From Eledone cirrhosa (lineage: Eukaryota), in contig OZ024741.1 of the NCBI GenBank assembly GCA_964016885.1, positions 191,270,001-191,334,000 on the forward strand: a stretch of 64,000 nucleotides of DNA, given 5' to 3'. Below are positions 25,032 to 38,847 of the stretch, piece after piece. Position 1 is the stretch's first letter. The number at the start of each line of letters is the position of its first letter. A program made the translations under genes and the position numbers. The notes beneath the pieces are model-generated. The model ran no database searches and had not been told where the DNA came from. It was given only the letters and a program-made list of their open reading frames with translations.

Positions 25032-26760
25032 AAGGAGATGCTCTAGATAGAAAAAACTATAGGGGCATTAAATTAGTTCACCAGGTCATGAAGGTCACAG
25101 AAAGAGTTATTGCACAACTAATTAGAGACCGAATTCATCTAGATGAAATGCAGTTTGAGTTTGTACCACAGATGCTCTCTTCCTTGTACGGCAACTACAG
25201 GAGAAGTACCTAGCTAAAAGTAAACTCCTCTGTTTAGCTTTTGTTGACTTGGAGAAAGCATTTGACATAGTCCTCCACTCCATTATCTGGTGGGTTCTTA
25301 GAAAACTAGGAGTAGATGAATGGCTTGTGAGAGCTATACACACCATGCATTGAGGAACAGTCAGCAAGGTAAGAATTAACAATTAATATATAGAAGAATT
25401 TAGTGTAAAGGTAGGTGTTTAACAAAGCTTCATCTGTTTATTTTTGACCTTCAGGCTATAACAGAAGCATGTAAGACTGGCTGCCCATGGGAACGTCTAT
25501 ATGCAGATGATCTAACTCTCATAGCTGAATCAATGGCTGAACTAGAGAAGAAATTCTAAACATGGAAGCATGGCCTAGAATCAAAAGGCCTTAAAGTTAA
25601 CTTGTCTAAGGCTAAAGTTCTAGTATGTATAAAGGAAATAGAGAACAGGTGCCCTCTGGGAAATGGCCATGCTCAGTGTGTAGGAAAGGAGTAGGTAGAA
25701 ATTCCAATCTATGTCATAAATGCAAACTATGGGTACATAAAAGATGTAGTGGGATCACAGGCAAGCTATCTTAGAATGTAGATTTTATATGTGGCCGATG
25801 CTCAGGTGCAATAAGTAGCAAGTTCCCACTGGATACTAGCTCCTTTAACTGCCCAGATGGTTCTATAGAAATAGTAGACACTTTCCATTACCTGGGTGAC
25901 AAAATCAGCAGTGGAGGAGGGTGTTCTGAAAGTACAGTAGCCAGAGTAAGAACGGGATGGAAAAAGTTCAGAGAGCTAATACCACTGTTGGCCACAAAAG
26001 GGTTCTCTCTAAAAATGAAAGCAGATTTTATGATGCCTGTATACGAACAGCAATATTACATGACAGTAAGACTTAGGCATTGTGTGCAGAGGATCTGCAC
26101 AGATTGGAAAGAAATGAAGCTTGCATGCTCCGATGGATGTGTAATAGCATGAACAGCAAAAGGTAAACGAACTAAGTGAGAAAATAGGAATAAGAGGGAT
26201 CAGATGCACTTTACTTGAGAGGAAATTACGTTGGTATGGTCATGTGATGCGTATGAAGGATGACAGCTGTATAAAAAAGTGCAGAGTGATGAAAATCGAT
26301 GACCCAGAAAGAGCTGGGACGGGCTGACCTTGCACACTTACACCTCTCTAAGACAATATCTCTGGATCGAGATCTTTGGCACCATGCAGTAATACAGAAG
26401 AACTGCCTTCCCTTATGTACGAACTTAAACCTACTGTCAGTAGGCACATCTTAATCCCACCTCACACACCCTACCCACTTCCACCCACACCACCCTTTCT
26501 TTGTAAAGTTATGTTGGAACCACATAACATCCAGTCCACACTATAAGGAGACAGGGTAAAAAAGCTCCCAGTCCACACTGTAAACGTGGTTAGTGTTAGG
26601 AAGGGCATCCAGCCGTAGAAAACCAGCCAGAAACAGTTCTATACGAGTGAGACACGGTCACCCAACTAATCTTGCCTCAAGTGGGACAAACCCATTTAAC
26701 CCATGCAAATGTGGAAGATAGACGTTAAACAATGATGATGATGATGATGATGATGATAAT
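25032..26760 (+). mobile_element. PHD-RTE subfamily B copy, degenerate
   Basis: Colinear with 12300-14120, with stops and frameshifts; (GAT)n tail. Confidence 0.9.
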
Positions 26761-26794
<34 letters not shown>

Positions 26795-27063
26795 GATATA
26801 CAAACACACATGCACCAGCAAACATATACATTTATATGCACACACATGTGTTTATGCTGTGCATCACTGATAATGTATTTTGCAGGTTTTATCATTTCTA
26901 TATATTTATACATGAATACTACAAAAAACACACCAAATTGATAACAAATAGTTATCTACAACACCATCTGGTGTCTATTTAAAAAATGTTTGATATACCA
27001 CCATTTCTTCTTCATATCCAGTAGTAGCCTCTCTATAATGTTTTGAAATTATATAAACACACA

Positions 27064-27117
<54 letters not shown>

Positions 27118-27341
27118 GAGGTTGGTGTTAGGAAGGGCATCCAGCTGTAGAAATCAAGCCAGCATCAGTTCCCGTCCCACCCTTGCAAGCAGGGAAAAAG
27201 CGGATGTAAAATGAAATGATGATGATGAAATGATATATATATATATAATTGTTTCTACTTTAGAGGCACAAGGCCAGCAATTACCCAGTACAATACTGGT
27301 ACTTTATTTTATCGACCCCGTAAGGATGAAAGGCAAAGTTA
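27118..27341. mobile_element. Short RTE/SINE tail chimera (+) followed by family N SINE 3' half (-)
   Basis: ggaagggcatccagctgtagaaa fused to the subfamily A tail; reverse complement of the SINE core at 27246-27341. Confidence 0.6.
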
Positions 27342-27781
27342 ATAAGAACAAAGTGGAGGTGTTACATAGGAGATTTATTGCTCAATCCTGGTTACAAATG
27401 TTACTCAAGTAGCTGGCTCGTGATCTGGGTTGGCACCCCCTGGTCAGACTCCAAGACTGCCTGATCCTCAGACCAGTGTTAACACAACAAAAATCACATC
27501 AAATCTGTGGACAAACCAGCAAAAACACAAACAAGCATATAGAATGACCAAACACAGGTCTAGAATTCAACAAACACACTACAAGAAAAAAACCGTTATA
27601 AACAAAAACAAAAACAAAATTAATGGATATAAATAAAGAAATAAAGAAAAATATCCACGTATACGCGATCAGGCACATACACAGATACATGCATAAAATG
27701 CCTACGCACGCACACTCCTGTACACGTAAAAATTGTACATGTACATACATATACATACACACACATATGCATATATACACA

Positions 27782-27829
<48 letters not shown>

Positions 27830-27832
<3 letters not shown>

Positions 27833-28762
27833 CATCATCATCATCATCATTTTACGTCCGCTTTTCCCTGCTTGCTAGGGTGGGACGGGTCCTATTCAGC
27901 ACAGCATCTCTCCACTTGTCACAGTCCTTCGTCATCTCCTCCGTGAGCTTCAGCGATCTGAGGTCAGCTCTCACCACCTCCGCCCATCTTTTTCATGGTC
28001 TTCCTCTGCTGCGTCTTCCTTCTACTGGGATTTCTTGGCACTTCTTTACCAAGTGGTCATCCTCCATGCGCATCACATGTCCATACCAACGCAGTCTTCT
28101 CTCCCCCACACTACAACTTATCCCTCTTATGAGTTTCTCACTCAACTCATCTACGCTTGGTCGTTCACGCACATTGACATTGCACATCCAACGGAGCATG
28201 CTTGCTTTATTTCTCTCCAGCCGTCGCATATCCTCTGCAGTTTCTGTCCATATCTCACTACCATGCAGCATCGCGCATCTCACACAGGCATCATATAACC
28301 GGCCTTTCATACTTTGTCAGCAGAGGAAGCAGCTTCCTAAACTTCTTCCAACCCGTCCTTATTCTAGATACTATGGCCTTGGTACATTCCCCACCCATGC
28401 AAATCTGATCACCTAGGTACCGGAAGCTATCAACCACTTCTATAAATCCCATCTGCATTTGAAAAATGTGTCTATTACTGCGACTTCTACTGTCAAATTT
28501 CCCTATGTACGTCTACTGCATACGTAGTTTCCCCTGCCTGTTAGTTTGCTTGCTATCCCACTACATCTCTTGTGTAGCCAAGATCTGCATTGTCTACATT
28601 TTATAGAATTTATGCCAGCTCCTTTTCTACATATTGAAAATGGCCATTGCCCTGATGGAATCAGAGTTTTGTCCTCTTTTCTACTTACCAACACATTTGT
28701 CTTAGCTATTTTCACTCTCAATCCTCTTGATTCCAACTGCTGTTTCCATATTTCTGAAGACA
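27830..28762 (-). mobile_element. PHD-RTE subfamily A 3' portion
   Basis: WKQQLESRGLRV..., CRQCRSWLHKRC, MKGRLYDACVRCAMLHGSE, RRLRWYGHV. Confidence 0.88.
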
Positions 28763-29554
28763 GCATATATATGTGTAGGTATGTATATTCCCTCTGATAG
28801 TTTGTAAAAATTTTACATAGATCTATATGATATACATACCAACACAAACATATATATCCTAGAAACGATCGTAAAATGATGAATTTTTTAATATAAGGAA
28901 CTGTTTCTTTGTTTTTATTCATTATTTTTATTAATTTATATATATATATATGTATATACACATACACACTTACAAATACATATGTATACATATATACACA
29001 TCACAAAAGTGCACTCACAAAAAATGCAAAAAGGGGGTTGGTTCTCTGTGATGAGTAATGGGGCTACCGTGGCATGACAGGATCGATAACTCCCTAAGTA
29101 AGACAGCGACCCCTTGCAGTGCGCCCACTAGCAATATGGGCGAACAGATGGGTCCTTCATCACAGTTCTACTAGATTAATAAATTTTACTCTTTAAAATA
29201 AATGTTTTTTAATGAAAAAACATTGAAGATTTTTTTTGGGGGGGGACTCTGAAATAGTGTGCAGGTATGGCTAAGAAGTGATTTGCTTCAGGACCATCGG
29301 CTTCATTGTGGCAAATGTTGTCCACCATAATTTCAACTTGACCACTATCATGCGATTAGAATTTGGTAGATGGAAGATACTTGGTAAGATATCATCATCA
29401 TCATCATCACCATTTAACGACTATTTTAGTGACTTCTAACATCAAGCAAGGATATGAGTTATCTATTCTAAGAATGGGTATATATATATTATAACTATAT
29501 ATATATATATATAGAAGTGGTTACACAACAGTTAGTTCACCATACCGAGAACAA

Positions 29555-30021
29555 TTGTTACTTTATTCTTAACTCTGAAGCGGAGATTCATTTGGTCTCC
29601 TAGTTAGAATTTTAGTCTACGACTTCTGCTATACAATTTACGTGGTTTTGTCTTTGCGTGCAATTGTTCTCCACGCTCCACATATGACGTATTATCTTCG
29701 TTCCTTCCGTTCATTGCCAGAGAACGTCTCTATGAACCACCTAAGAGAACATTAGTCTATGACTTCTTTTATACCATAAATGTGGTTCTGTCTTTGCGTG
29801 TAATTGTTTTTCACCGCTCCTATTAATGACGTATTATATTCGTTTTTCCTGTTCTTTGCCAGCGAACGTTTCCACGAACCAAAATATCGTCTTCCTGTCT
29901 TCCTCCGGTTGCAACGTTTTTTGAAATATCCACTTCTGCGTTTACAGATTGACTTTGTTAGTTTCAGAAGATCCCGTTAAGGGTGAAAGCAGCGATTCTT
30001 TGCTTAAACTTTAATCTGTTA

Positions 30022-30030
<9 letters not shown>
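29555..30030 (+). mobile_element. Solo Penelope pseudo-LTR (family 2) with internal ~130-bp tandem repeat and variant hammerhead
   Basis: Reverse complement of 40530-41120; hammerhead-like fold at 29944-30019. Confidence 0.7.
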
Positions 30031-30111
<81 letters not shown>

Positions 30112-30440
30112 AAGAAAAAAACGAACACAGACATATACATATATGTGTTCAAATCGTAATGGACCAGAATCGCTAAGGTGAAAAAAATACTAACTACAGA
30201 CAATAGGGTTTGCCAGACTCAATTCAAGAATAAATCAAGAAAAATAAATACAAACCAAAATTGTGGTAACAACCAAACACCCGGACAGTTTTGATAAAAC
30301 TGTTTCGCAATATTATTTGTGAAAAGGAGTACCAAAGTCCTAAGCTCATCACCCTGATCACTTCTAAATCTAATAAGAAACTGGATAGTGTGTGTAACGC
30401 ACATGGTTCCCGAACTTAGCGTGTCTCGCACACTCACGCC

Positions 30441-30553
30441 ACTAAAAATAGTAGCCAAGTTTACTCGACATTTGAATTAGCTCGACGAATTAACGGAGCC
30501 AAATATATTCGAGCTAATTCAAATGTCGAGTAAACTCGGCTACTATTTTTAGT
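30441..30553. repeat. 45-bp near-perfect inverted repeat (hairpin)
   Basis: 30441-30485 vs 30509-30553, one mismatch. Confidence 0.9.
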
Positions 30554-30567
30554 TTTGACAGCTAGAT

Positions 30568-30611
<44 letters not shown>

Positions 30612-30772
30612 GCATACATATATATATATATATGCAAGGCAGTGTGTCAGTGCAAATCAGGATGTTATTGGAGATAAGTGTGTCCGAAATGATGCTAGCG
30701 TGGAAAAATGGACTTTAAATGGTGATGATGGGATGATGATGATATACATATATATAGATATATATATATATA

Positions 30773-30936
30773 TAAATGTGGTTGGTGTTAGGAAGGGCAT
30801 CCAGCCGTAGAAAACCTGCCAGATAGTCCTATATGAGTGAGACACGGTCACCCGACGAATCTTGCCTCAAGTGTGACAATTCCCGTCTAACCCATGCTAG
30901 CGTGGAAGATGGACGTTAAACGATGATGATGATGAA

Positions 30937-30938
<2 letters not shown>
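30773..30938 (+). mobile_element. PHD-RTE subfamily B extreme 3' tail
   Basis: Matches 13950-14120; embedded in (TA)n. Confidence 0.8.
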
Positions 30939-31013
<75 letters not shown>

Positions 31014-31015
31014 TA

Positions 31016-31055
<40 letters not shown>

Positions 31056-31109
31056 TACATATATTTATATACATATATAAATATATATACATATAAAAAA
31101 AATTAACAA

Positions 31110-33040
31110 ACTAAAATGCTGCCAACAGCAACACACACATTCGATGGCTATCGCGCTGCTCGAATAAAAAAAATATAACCTCCAACAATGCATAAAGACC
31201 ATCATCAATAACTAAAGAACAGCTGAGGAGAGATGGGCCATTGAGGAAATCAAACTCAACCCCAAAGTGTTCTTTTCATTTGCCAAAAAACACAAGGTCG
31301 CTGTCTCCACTGTTGGCCCTCTAACCATGGGCGAGATACTGCAGAAACAATACTGCTGTATTTTCAGCAATCCTGATATGGCTGATCTGGGCTGTATCAA
31401 CACACTATATTGAACACAACGTTTGGCACCCCTGTTGTCTTAGCAGTAATAAACAAAGTTAAACACATTTCTGCAGTAGGTTCCCTGCTTGTGTCCTGAA
31501 GGTGTGTCAACACCAACTTGCATCTCCTCTTGTTAATCTGTGGAGGAACTCACTGGATGCTGGCTAAATTCCTGAAAACGTTTTGTTCCAGTCTGTTGTC
31601 CCAGTTTTCAAAAAGAGAAACAAGTCCCTTGCAGTGAACTACCGTCCAATCTCACTCACCTCTCATATCCTCAAGGTATTTGAGAGGGTGGTGAGATTAC
31701 AAATAACTCACTTTCTTGAAATCAAAAGACTGCTGAACTCCAACCAACATGGGTTTCATAATGGATGCTCTTGCATCACGTTGACGATTTTTGAGAACTT
31801 TGAGAGAGGGCTCTAACACTGATGTCATCTACCTTGATTTCAGCAAGACCTTCGAGAGGGTTGATCAAAACATTCTACTGAAAAAACTATCCAACATTGG
31901 TATCTCTGGAAAGTTACTGCAATAGATCAAGTGTCTCCTGACAGACAGAGCCCAACATGTTGTAGTTGAAGGAGTAAAATCAAGCCCAGCCAAAGTCAGT
32001 AGTGGCATTCCACAAGGCACTGTGTTGGCCTCACTTCTTTTCATTATCTATATTAATGACATTACTAACATCATCAAACACAGCAACATAAGAATCTTTG
32101 CAGATGATTCCAAGCTCCAGAAGGTCATCAATAGAATGGGTGACTGGACATGCCTTCAGTCAGATCTACTGGCTGTTAGCTAATGGGCGAAAAAGAACAA
32201 TATGCCACTGAGCGAGGCTAAATTTGAGTTAATCCACTTTGGAAAAGAGGATGCACTGAAACTCCCATACTCCCTTCCTTTGGGTGAAACTCTAGTGGCA
32301 TCCAACAAGATCAGAGACTTGGGAGTAATTGTGGACAACAACATAAGCTGGGCCATTCATATAACAGCAAAGTTGGCGTGGCCCACAGAATGTGTTCCTG
32401 GATACTCAGAACCTTTCAGTCGAGAGATATCCACACTGTTAGCCTTCTCTTCTCCACTTTTGCCCAACCCCACCTTCAATACTGTTGTCCACTGTGGTCT
32501 CCCCACACAAAACAAAGTATCATGAAAATTGAAGCTCTTCAAAGGTCAATCACAAAAAAGAAAGATAGCATGACAGGCCTTCACTATTGGGATCGATTAG
32601 AAAAGCTCAACCTTTATTCTCTCCAACGCCCCTGTGAACGCTACATTATCTTCATAATGTGAAAAATATTCCATCAGCTTTGCCCAAATGATGTTGGCAT
32701 CACCTTTAAGGTACACGAAAGGCTTGGGCCACGTGCTATCCGCCCACGACAAAAATATCACTCGCATCACATAACAACAATACGGCACAATTAATTCACC
32801 TCAATTGGCCCCGCTCTCTTTAAGATTACACCAAAACACATTAAACAGAAACAGACTCCATAAAGTTCGAGAAGTCTTTGGACAAATTCCTTTAAAAAAT
32901 CACGGATAACCTCCTACACCTGGATATGTCTCCGTAAATAATACTGTCTACTTGAGTGGACCATCCTGATTTGAAAGCCATGTGGTGCTATTAAGTTAGA
33001 CATGGCCTGGGCCAATACTGGCCGAAACCTATCACCGTTA
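31110..33040 (+). mobile_element. CR1/L2-group LINE, RT and 3' part, degenerate
   Basis: PVFKK..NYRPISLTSHILKVFE, YLDFSKTF, SGIPQGTVL..LLFIIYINDI, IFADDSK, RDLGVIVD, LQYCCPLWSP. Confidence 0.88.
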
Positions 33041-33058
33041 TATATAATTATATATATA

Positions 33059-33227
33059 CTAGCTGAGGTACCCAGCTTCGCCAAGGTTAACAAATGATAA
33101 GAGAAGACCGGCAGAAGAGAAAACGTCTGTATTGAATGCATTGTCTTGTTTACAGTGTGTGTGTGTGTGTGTGTGTATTGTGTGTGTGTGTGTGTGTATG
33201 TTTGTGTATATGTGTGTGTGAGTGTTC

Positions 33228-33269
<42 letters not shown>

Positions 33270-33481
33270 AACAAGGGGAAGAAGAATACTGCATGGTTGC
33301 ACATGGATTACATATTATAAAATTAGTCCCTCATCAGTGATTTTGCCAACCATCATTGGTATTTTATCGCATTAAAAATCAGATACCTCAGGTTGGTGCG
33401 AGCAATAACTAAAATAAGCTATTGGGACAAGTGAAACGCGTAAAGCGAGTGAGACAAGTAAACAACAGAAGGAAAAGCAAA

Positions 33482-33536
<55 letters not shown>

Positions 33537-35030
33537 TGTGTGTGTGTGTATATATATATGTGTGTGTGTGCCTGTGTGAGTGTTCGTGTGTGTGTGTGTA
33601 AACCACCGTTGTAATCGGAGACATAGGCCGCGAAACACGATCATCACTAACAACGAACTCGAGAGAGAATCCCTTATAGCTGATTCCCAACCTGCTAGAA
33701 ATAGCAGTCAGGTTGGTTAGCATACGTGGTATGTCTTTCTTCTTTGGTGTTATAAAATTAGTATCAATAAACTTTCCTGGATATACTCTTATCCCAATCC
33801 TGTACATACTTTCCGATTGTCACTTTCCGTTTTTTTCGTGTGATACGCGAAGGAATCAACCAACAAACATCTCTCTTTTATATCTCTTTTATTTGTTCAT
33901 TCAAAATATTTTTCAGCTAATTCTGTCATACAATATACATCAGCAATCGTTATCTAATGTTTAAAACATATGAATAGCTGCGATATATACACCATATCAA
34001 TCAAATACGATATGAGAATTGAATACCATACTAAAGCGCCAGTAAGCTTGCTAAGAACCTGCAGATAGAAATGTTAATAAATACAACATTTGGCTTGGGT
34101 AAACTTTAAGATGTTCTTTCATTGTAGGTTTCTTTTCTCAGCCAGTACGTTAAAGAAAATTGATAGTTACAACAATAAAGGTTGAACAGAGAACACATTT
34201 TTTAACAAACTTTACAATAATTTGTACAACCATAATGGGAATTCCAAGTAACAGAAAATACATAAATTACATTGTTTGAGCCTCAGAGTATACAATATTT
34301 TTTGTGCGGCCCTCGGGAGCAAAGATGAAGAGATTTGTTTGGCGAGCTCAACCTAGAGCATCCTACATACACTTGATCATGGTTTTCCCAGATGAAAGCC
34401 AGCCACTTTTAGGGTTTGACCCTGAGCTTTGTTGATGGTAATCGCGAAGCTTAGTCTCTCTGTTGCTCTAGTAACATTTTTTCTTCTGGAAAATCTGATC
34501 TTGCGGCCAGGCTAGGACTTTTGGGGTGCATCTCGGCAGTAATAATGACGATAAGCCGTTTGTGCTTTCGTGAAATAAATACGTTTGTTTATATTTTGTT
34601 TTTGTGTATGCAAAAATATCTGTACACGAATATATAATTATATATATATATTAGAATAACATATTAAAGTTTAAGCAAAGAATCGCTGCTTTCACCCTTA
34701 ACGGGATCTCTGAAACTAAAAAAATCAATCTGTGAACACAGAAGTAAATATTTCGAAAAACGTTGCAACCGAAAGAAAACAGGAAGATGATACTTTGGTT
34801 CGTGAAGACGTTAGGAATGTCGTATAACCGGAAGTGTTGACATTTGAAAATGTTAAAGACGTGAATATTTAAATAATGTCTTTAATCTTTTAACAAAATT
34901 CAGTAGATAAAAATACCCTCACTTTCTTACTTGGAAAAAGTTACATCTATGGTGCAAATTTGGTGCCGTTTGGTCCAGCCGCTTGGCGGAAAGTTTGTTA
35001 CTTACATACGGCCGTCAGCTTTATTGTATA
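33059..35030 (-). mobile_element. Helitron derivative retaining the Pif1-helicase C-terminus
   Basis: 3' CTAG at 33059-33062 preceded by a hairpin on the minus strand; 34265-34460(-) reads RLSFAITINKAQGQTLKVAG...YVGCSR...TKNIVYSEA. Confidence 0.75.
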
Positions 35031-35042
35031 TATATATATATA

Positions 35043-35880
35043 CTAGCAAATGACCCCCGTCCATTGGACGGTGTCAGTTCTTGGTAGGGCTGCAATGTTA
35101 ATGGTCAATTTCCGTGTTGTATGTTTAACTTGGAGGATAATTTTACCTGATCAACTCTTTTAATAAAAAAAAATGAGACGGTATTCAAAAAGAGCAAGTT
35201 TTATTTACAGATATGTGTCATTAAAATGTGAACATAGAGAAATGTATCGTTAGCCGTGTCGGTTGAACAATGTGTATTTTAAAACATCCATCATGTACAC
35301 ACACACACAAACACATACACACAAACATACACACAAACGCACACACACATACGCACACAATCCAAGACGTGACGTTGTGGAAGGGGGAGAGTTAAGAAGT
35401 GTAATAAATAAGTTAAAATTATAAACGCTGTATTTATCATATTCGCGTCACACACACTCCTCTCTTTCTTTATTTTACTCTCTCTCTCTCACTCCTCTCT
35501 TTCTATCTCCCTCTCACACATCCTTCTCTCTCTGGCCGTTATGAAAATTACACACACACATGCACGCACACATACACACACAAACACATACACACATATA
35601 CACACGCACATACAATCCCATAACGTCGTGTTGTGGAAGGGGGAGAGTTAAGAAGTGTGTAAAAGGAACGCTCTCTCTCTTTATGGCCGTCCTGGAATTT
35701 GTTAGTGCAAAAGTCTATAAGATTATAAAATCGAAGTTTGTGACTTCGAAATTAATCATTATGAAATAATTTTTTCTTGATGTTACAAACCGTAGCCTAT
35801 TTTGGCTATGTGTTTAATTTGACAGAGATGGATGGAATATTTTCCAAGTGAAACTCTTTTACACACACACACAGAACAGG

Positions 35881-35885
<5 letters not shown>
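35043..35885 (-). mobile_element. Non-autonomous Helitron
   Basis: Minus-strand ccgtcca/tggacgg hairpin then CTAG at 35043-35046; internal microsatellites and a duplicated ttgtggaagggggagagttaagaagtgt unit. Confidence 0.6.
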
Positions 35886-35946
<61 letters not shown>

Positions 35947-36149
35947 CGTTATTTTTTTCTCTTTTTTCTGGGTTAGAAAATGTTTAAAACAAATTATTTT
36001 ATTTTGTGTGAAGTGTCAAAGTATTAATTAATTTATTTATTAATTAACAATAGCATTGATTTATTTATTTAATAATTATCAATTACTGGTTTCAGCGTTT
36101 TATGTATTTTCAAATTATGTGAGTGGGAGGAAAAAAAAGGAATTTGTGT

Positions 36150-38240
36150 TTGTACAAAATGTAGAAGAGAAAATAAGGTGATGTTAAACATGTTAAGGAA
36201 ATGGGAAAGAAAGAATAATATTATTTACAAACATGGTTTTTGAAGTCAAAATAAGGTGATGGGAAAGAAAGAATAATATTATTTACAAACATTGTTTTTA
36301 TGGCAAGATCGCTTGAAGAAGTTCATTCTTGGAGGAGGCAAATGGTCGTCCAGGACTGGATGTGTTTTCCCTTTTTAGAGAATTAATATGCAGGGGGAGG
36401 TAATTCAAGGTGGTAGGGTAGGAGAAAGAGAGGAGGGGGGTAATTCATTTATATAAGAAAAAGGATTAGGTAGGGTGTTAGGGAGGTAACTCTTTAGAGT
36501 ACACAGGAATTTGGGTCTAGTGTCCATTGTTCGTTCTAGTTTAGTCCGAAGTTTAGTCCATTAAGTAGAGGTTGGAATTTGTTAATGAAGTACGTTTCCT
36601 TATTGGTACGTTGGATCAAAGAAGCGTTGTCTATGAATTTGTAAATGGGGAAAATTCTAAAGTATGGTAGTTGGTTGGGTGCACAATTGGCGATATGTTC
36701 ACTAAAAGCAATCTTTCTGTATTCCTGTATTTTGATTTGTGATCTATGGACGGTCATACGTTCTCGGAGGCTGTTTTTTGTCTGTCCTATGTAGTGTTCT
36801 CGACAACCTGAGCAGGTCAAAACATAGATTAGGTTTTCAGATGCACATGTAAAGTTGTATTTAACTGTGAAATGTTGTCCTTGTTTAAAGTGGAATGTTG
36901 AACCTTCTATTAGATTTATGCATATACCACAGTTGGGCCTTCCGCATTTTTTTTACTGTAGGGCTCATTGTGAGTGTTGGCTGGATTTTGGCTTGTGTGA
37001 GGATGTTTTTTATGGATTTAGGTTGTCTTTTGCTCTTTATGATGTTGTGTGTTTGGAGGATTTTATTCATTCTTGGGTCTCTTTTTAGTAAAGGAATGTT
37101 CTGGAGGATGGTGTCGAATGCCTCATTATTGAGGGGGTTGTGTGTGGAGATGTATGGTAGAGTTTTCTGTTTCGGTTCATTCCTGGGTTTGGGGTGTCTG
37201 AGTTCCTGGATGTTTAGTTTTAGGGCACGTTGGAATCCATTGTTGATTAGGGATGGTGGGCAGTTTCTGCTGATAAGAGTGTTCTTTAATTCTTCTAGTC
37301 GTGTGTAACATGTGTATTTATCTGAAACTATTGTGCAAATCCTTTTGGCTAGGTTATAAGGAATTGCCATTTTGGTATGGCGAGGGTGGCACGGGTTAAA
37401 TGAAAGATATTGTTTGGAGTCTGTGGATTTGTAGTATATGTCTGTTTCTATTTTGTTGTTTGTTTTCTTGATGAGGATGTCAAGGAAAGGGAGTTGTTCA
37501 TGGCTGTATTCCATTGTAAATTGAATGTTTGTGTTGAGTCAATTTAGAAGTATTTTAAACTCAATAAGTCTTACTATACTTTCATGCCAGAGGATGAAGA
37601 AGTCGTCCAGATATCTCTTCCAGCTTTTTTCTATGTGTAGGTAGAAGTGGTTTCCGTATTTGTCTAGAACTTTTCGGTAGAGAGTGGTTTCTAAACATCT
37701 CATGACAAGGTTGGCGTATGAGGGGGCTACTTTCGTGCCCATAGCAGTCCTAGATTTCTGTCTGTAATATTTGGCATCGAATTTGAAGAAGTTATTTTCC
37801 AAGATGAATTTGAGGCCCTCCATCACAAATTCTTTAGGGATGTGCTGTGGAGTATGTTGATTTGGTCTATTGTTAATTCTTTAGGGGTTAAATTAACGAT
37901 TTTTATTACCTTTGGTGTCTCCTGTATGTTTTGTGTTATCTCGTTACCCTGTGGCTGTGTGCTATGTCTAAAAGATGACTACGGAAGCTGTGGGGGTTGT
38001 TGAAGTCTGGATGTCTCTTATGGTTGTATTGACTCCTGCTGGTGTTGTTAAAGGGTGTGTAGTGAAGTTAGGTTGTGTCTTGTGGTTGATTGAGCAATGC
38101 TGTTATTGTTGTAGGGTGTGTAGATTTGATGGTGGTTGTTATAGGATGTGTAGTTGTGGAGGTTGTCTACACACCCTCCAACAACAATATTGCTCAATAC
38201 AACCACACGATACAACCTAACTTCAACAACCACCACAGTT
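36150..38240 (-). mobile_element. Penelope-like element (RT C-terminal half + GIY-YIG), degenerate
   Basis: TAMGTKVAPSYANL, WKRYLDD, LPFLDILI, IYYKSTD, LIYVLTCSGCREHYIGQTKNSLRERMTVH. Confidence 0.88.
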
Positions 38241-38604
38241 ACACATTCTTTAACAACAATACAACCACATATATATATATATCATCACCATCATCATACA
38301 TTACACGGCTCAGAAATATTCCCTTCTTTGAGCTATTTAATTGTAAAAGACTATTTCGAGTTTATAACTCAATATTTCATATATATATTTATATATATAT
38401 CATCATCATATATATATATACATATATAGAGAATTAGTATATCTACCAACATATGTATACAGATGTATACCCATGCTAGCAAATATATATGTTATGTCTT
38501 AGTACCTTTGTGGTTCTATGCAGGGGGATGCAGAACAATTATATGAAAGACGTAAAATAAGAAAATTTTAAAAATTAAAAATTAACTTACTTACTAAAGT
38601 TTTT

Positions 38605-38686
38605 ACTCCAACTAATTAGTTTCTGTAAGGGGATAAATATAGTTACGTAACATAACTATAGAGAATTCCTTACGTCATCAGGGAGT
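38605..38686 (-). ncRNA. Type I hammerhead ribozyme
   Basis: ACUCC-CUGAUGA-C-GUAAGG...CCUUAC-A-GAA-ACUAAUUAGU-U-GGAGU: perfect stem I, core, 6-bp stem II, palindromic stem III. Confidence 0.8.
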
Positions 38687-38816
38687 CTATTCTCAGCTAA
38701 GTTCCCAGGCAATGCACGGACACTAAGAACCCATATAAAAATAATAATTCAGTGGATGGAATAAAGCTAGCGGGGACTAAATTCCAAAGCACTGAAAACA
38801 TTCACTGCCTCTTTGG

Positions 38817-38847
<31 letters not shown>

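Noticed and set aside
33320-33455. CTGATGA on minus and GAAACGCGT on plus, suggestive of a hammerhead
   Set aside because: The two half-cores lie on opposite strands and no complete three-stem fold could be built
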